DNA of 64,000 nucleotides from Candidatus Melainabacteria bacterium (GTDB lineage Bacteria; Cyanobacteriota; Vampirovibrionia; Gastranaerophilales; Gastranaerophilaceae): NCBI GenBank assembly GCA_003258795.1, contig QHMH01000007.1, positions 28,479 to 92,478 of the forward strand, read 5' to 3'. Shown piece by piece: positions 60,427 to 64,000 of this stretch (position 1 is its first letter; each line of letters starts with the position of its first letter). The notes under the pieces were generated by a model. It saw only the letters and a program-made list of their open reading frames with translations, ran no database searches and was not told where the DNA came from. The position numbers and the translations under genes were made by a program.

Positions 60427-62727
60427 TTGCAAGATTATTCATTTCCATTTGAGCCAGATGATTTTCAAAAAGAGGCTTTTGATGTTATAAACGAAGGAAA
60501 AAGTGTTGTTGTTTGTGCACCTACTGGTGCAGGAAAAACTGTTATCGCTGAACATGCGATACATCTTGCGATAAAAAATAGCAATAGAGTTTTTTATACG
60601 ACACCGCTCAAGGCACTGTCTAATCAAAAGTATCGAGATTTTGCAGGTAAATATGGGGTTAACAACGTTGGTCTTTTGACTGGTGATACTTCAATAAATC
60701 GAAATGCGCAAATTGTCGTTATGACAACGGAAGTTTTTAGAAATATGTTGTACGGAACTAATTTTGGATCTGTTACTGAAAATATGAAAGGTGTTAAATA
60801 CGTTGTTTTAGATGAAGTTCATTATATGAATGATGAACAAAGAGGAACTGTTTGGGAAGAAAGTATTATTTATTGTCCAACAAATATTCAACTTGTTGCA
60901 CTGTCTGCAACTGTTGCTAATGCTGAACAACTTACTGCATGGATAAATACAGTTCACTCTGAAACAAAACTTGTTAAAACGGATTTTAGACCTGTTCCAT
61001 TAAGGTTTTATTACTTTGATAGTTCTCAACCAAATAATCTTTTGCCGTTATTTACTCCGTCAGGTCAATTGAATTCCAAAATAAAACCAGAGAAAAAACA
61101 GTTTGGTAAAAAAAGAAGAACTCCTCAAAGATATGTTGCTTGTGATGTTATAAGAAATTTACACGAAAAAGATATGCTACCCGCAATATATTTTACGTTT
61201 TCAAGAAAAAAATGTGATGAACAAGCAGAAAAATGTGCCAAGCTTTGTCTTTCTACTCCAAAAGAGCAAGCACAAATAAAAAAAATAATAGATGAGTACA
61301 TTGAAGAAAACCCATATTTAGCAAAAAATAAGCAATTAGAGTATTTATATTCTGGTATAGCTTCTCACCATGCAGGGTTGTTGCCGGCATGGAAGGTTTT
61401 GGTTGAAAAACTGTTTCAACAAGGCTTAATAAAAGTTGTGTTTGCTACCGAAACTCTTGCTGCAGGTATAAATATGCCAGCTCGATCAACTGTTATAAGT
61501 TCAATAAGTAAAAGAACAGATTCTGGACATAGAATGCTTACACCAAGTGAGTTTTTACAAATGTCAGGTAGAGCTGGTAGGAGAGGAATGGATGAAATTG
61601 GATATGTAACAATTGTTGGTTCTCAATTCCAATCACCAGAAGAAGTTGCGGAACTTGTTCTATCTGATGCAAATCCACTCGAAAGCAGATTTTCACCAAG
61701 TTATTCTATGGTTTTAAACTTGCTTCAGAGGTTTACCCTTGATGAAGCAAAAGAATTGATTTTAAAAAGTTTTGGCTATTTTTCATCTTCAACCAGATTG
61801 AGTCCGTTGTTGGAACAACAAAAAGCTATTTCTGAAAGAATAAAAGAGTTGTCGAAATTCAAGTGTCATCACAAACTATCACATGAAAAGCTTCTTGAAT
61901 ATAACAAAATTCGTTCAATATATGTTGAAAACAGGCGAATTTACAAAACAATCCTTAAACAAGAAAAAAACAAAAAAAGAGCCTTGTCACAAGAAGTAAT
62001 TGCGTTTGGGGATAAAACAAAAGATTTGCTTCATAAAATGCAATCCTTCCCATGTGATACATGTAAATTGTTTAAGAAACACATGAAGGAAATTGAAATT
62101 TTTGAAAGATATAAAGTTAGAGAGGTCAAATTAGCAAAACAAATAGAACTCGAAAGAGATATTTTCTGGAACAAGTTCCTTGCACATAGGGCAATATTGG
62201 AGGAATTTGACTGTTTAAAAGATGATTATCCAACACCAAAAGGAGTAATGACATCCCAAATTAGAGCAGAAAACGAGCTATTTTTGGCAGAAATTATACA
62301 GTCACATGTTTTGGAAAATCTTTCTCCGTCTGAACTTGCAAGTGTGATATGTGCTGTTACAACAGAAGATTTAAGAGTTGAAAACATGCCATCTTTACCT
62401 ATTTCTCAAAAATCAAGAAAAACATTAAATAAAATAAAGGATATTAAAAGAAGAATAGAAAAATCTCAAAAAGATTATTCTGTGGATTCACCAATGTATG
62501 TTAATTCTTATTTTTCTGCACTAATAGAATTGTGGACAGAAGGAAGTGAGTGGGAAGATATTGTTGAACAAATAAATATTGGAGAAGGTGATATTGTAAG
62601 GGCATTTAAACGTACAGTTGATGTTTTAAGACAATTCTGTACAATCTCTGATGTTCCGGAAGCTCTCGTATTTACTGCCAGAGAAACCATTGAAAAAATC
62701 CTTCGTTCTCCGATAGACATTGATTAA
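60427..62727 (+). CDS. Ski2/HelY-like DExH-box RNA helicase with C-terminal DSHCT domain
   Basis: Motif I VCAPTGAGKTV, motif II VLDEVHYM, ...HHAGLLP..., ...MSGRAGRRG... The C-terminus ...WEDIVEQINIGEGDIVRAFKRTVDVLRQ is DSHCT-like. AGGAGAA RBS precedes the TTG at 60427; the ORF track used a GTG at 60400. Confidence 0.85.
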   Translation: MQDYSFPFEPDDFQKEAFDVINEGKSVVVCAPTGAGKTVIAEHAIHLAIKNSNRVFYTTPLKALSNQKYRDFAGKYGVNNVGLLTGDTSINRNAQIVVMTTEVFRNMLYGTNFGSVTENMKGVKYVVLDEVHYMNDEQRGTVWEESIIYCPTNIQLVALSATVANAEQLTAWINTVHSETKLVKTDFRPVPLRFYYFDSSQPNNLLPLFTPSGQLNSKIKPEKKQFGKKRRTPQRYVACDVIRNLHEKDMLPAIYFTFSRKKCDEQAEKCAKLCLSTPKEQAQIKKIIDEYIEENPYLAKNKQLEYLYSGIASHHAGLLPAWKVLVEKLFQQGLIKVVFATETLAAGINMPARSTVISSISKRTDSGHRMLTPSEFLQMSGRAGRRGMDEIGYVTIVGSQFQSPEEVAELVLSDANPLESRFSPSYSMVLNLLQRFTLDEAKELILKSFGYFSSSTRLSPLLEQQKAISERIKELSKFKCHHKLSHEKLLEYNKIRSIYVENRRIYKTILKQEKNKKRALSQEVIAFGDKTKDLLHKMQSFPCDTCKLFKKHMKEIEIFERYKVREVKLAKQIELERDIFWNKFLAHRAILEEFDCLKDDYPTPKGVMTSQIRAENELFLAEIIQSHVLENLSPSELASVICAVTTEDLRVENMPSLPISQKSRKTLNKIKDIKRRIEKSQKDYSVDSPMYVNSYFSALIELWTEGSEWEDIVEQINIGEGDIVRAFKRTVDVLRQFCTISDVPEALVFTARETIEKILRSPIDID

Positions 62728-62777
62728 ATTTGTTTTGGGGAAATATGTAATTTAGAGTTTAGGACGATATATTAAAA

Positions 62778-64000
62778 TTACTCTTGTGAATTGTTTCTTT
62801 CAAGGTGTTTTTTTAAATATTTTCCGGTAAAAGATTTTTTACATTTCATTATTTCTTCTACTGTTCCACAAGCCAAGATTTCTCCACCTTCATCTCCACC
62901 TTCTGGACCTAAATCAATTATATAGTCAGCAATTTTTATTACGTCCATATTATGTTCTATTATAAAAATAGTATTTCCTGCATCAGCAAGCCTTTGTAGA
63001 ATTTTTATCAGCTTGTCCAAATCTGCCCAATGTAAACCAACAGAAGGTTCATCGAGTAAATATAGTGTTTTCCCTGTTGAATGTTTATTTAATTCAGATG
63101 CAAGTTTTATTCTTTGAGCCTCTCCACCAGAAAGTGTGGTTGAGCTTTGTCCAAGTTTTATATAATCTAGTCCAACATCGTTTAATGTTTGAAGTTTAGA
63201 TTTAATTCTTGGTATATTTTCAAAAAATTCGAGGGCTTCTTTTACACTCATATCAAGAACGTCTGAAATTGTTTTTCCCTTATATTTAACTTCAAGAGTT
63301 TCTCTATTATATCTCTTTCCTTTGCAGACGTCGCATTTTACGTAAACATCGGATAAGAAATTCATTTCTATTTTTAAAACTCCATCTCCTTTACAAGCTT
63401 CGCATCTTCCACCTTTTACGTTAAAGCTGAATCTTCCTGGTTTGTAACCTCTAACTTTAGATTCGTTTGTAACCGAGAAAAGTTCTCTTATCGGAGTAAA
63501 GACATCAGTGTATGTTGCTGGGTTTGAGCGAGGAGTTTTTCCAATCGGAGATTGATCAATATCAATAACTTTATCAAGGTTTTCAAATCCTGTAATTTCA
63601 TCCACACCTTGTGGTTTTGGTTTGTTTTTTCTTATTTTATGACGTGCGTATTCAAAGATAATATCTTGCATCAATGTGGATTTTCCAGACCCAGAGATTC
63701 CAGCAAACACAACGATTTTACCAAGAGGAATATCAAGATTTATATTTTTTAAATTATTTAGGTGAGCGTTTTCTATATGTAAAAACTTACCATTTCCTTC
63801 TCTGACTTTTTCAGGAAGAGGTATAAATTTTTCTCCTGACAAATATTTGCCAGTTATAGAGTTTTTATTATTTATAATATCTTCAATACTACCAGACGCG
63901 ACAATTTTGCCTCCTAATATGCCAGCTTGTGGTCCAATATCAACAATGTAATCAGCTTGTCTAATTGTATCTTCGTCATGTTCAACAACAATAAGTGTAT
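62778..64000 (-). CDS. uvrA: Excinuclease ABC subunit A, C-terminal ~400 aa (gene continues beyond the window end)
   Basis: Second ABC module ([17 protein letters not shown], zinc finger CEACKGDG...CDVCKG). The frame continues open upstream of the annotated Met: ...[40 protein letters not shown]... Confidence 0.93.
   Translation of the reverse strand, partial: TLIVVEHDEDTIRQADYIVDIGPQAGILGGKIVASGSIEDIINNKNSITGKYLSGEKFIPLPEKVREGNGKFLHIENAHLNNLKNINLDIPLGKIVVFAGISGSGKSTLMQDIIFEYARHKIRKNKPKPQGVDEITGFENLDKVIDIDQSPIGKTPRSNPATYTDVFTPIRELFSVTNESKVRGYKPGRFSFNVKGGRCEACKGDGVLKIEMNFLSDVYVKCDVCKGKRYNRETLEVKYKGKTISDVLDMSVKEALEFFENIPRIKSKLQTLNDVGLDYIKLGQSSTTLSGGEAQRIKLASELNKHSTGKTLYLLDEPSVGLHWADLDKLIKILQRLADAGNTIFIIEHNMDVIKIADYIIDLGPEGGDEGGEILACGTVEEIMKCKKSFTGKYLKKHLERNNSQE

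Overview
The window is AT-rich (about 30% GC by eye), densely coding, mostly housekeeping DNA. My best lineage guess is Melainabacteria/Vampirovibrionia (non-photosynthetic sister group of Cyanobacteria, Gastranaerophilales-like). The evidence is rpoB followed by a split rpoC (rpoC1 gamma plus rpoC2 beta-prime with a large SI3-like insertion), which is the cyanobacterial-lineage hallmark. It sits alongside a diderm lipid A/LPS gene set (rfaE, lpxD-lpxC-fabZ-lpxA, lptF/G, AMIN-amidase), flagellar rod genes (flgF/G/B/C) and pilT. Other recognisable genes: rplF(partial)-rplR, tRNA-Lys(UUU), pgpH-ybeY-dgkA, gdhA, M29 aminopeptidase, smpB, ahcY, a YhaM-like HD nuclease, an AMP-binding acyl ligase, a CNNM/CorC transporter, a GT2 + YdjC pair, a PLD-family protein, gcvH, pilT-recO-rmuC, coaX, a SIMPL protein, pepT, aroC, an aroK-aroB fusion, nadA, a MATE transporter, mnmE, ruvB, a secreted metzincin, a Ski2/HelY-like helicase and uvrA(partial). 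I found no integrase, transposase, CRISPR array or obvious defence island. The unexplained material I would look at first is: two large paralogous hypothetical proteins (one carrying an HExxH motif); a 640-aa protein with a long acidic tail ending in a PcrA/UvrD-CTD-like Tudor module; an SNase-PLD-MopE-motif protein; a 792-aa DHH/DHHA1 phosphoesterase with a ~250-aa unknown N-terminal domain; a two-EF-hand protein just upstream of rpoB; and two tandem 65-aa ORFs with strong RBSs. Several hairpins and palindromes sit at gene starts.
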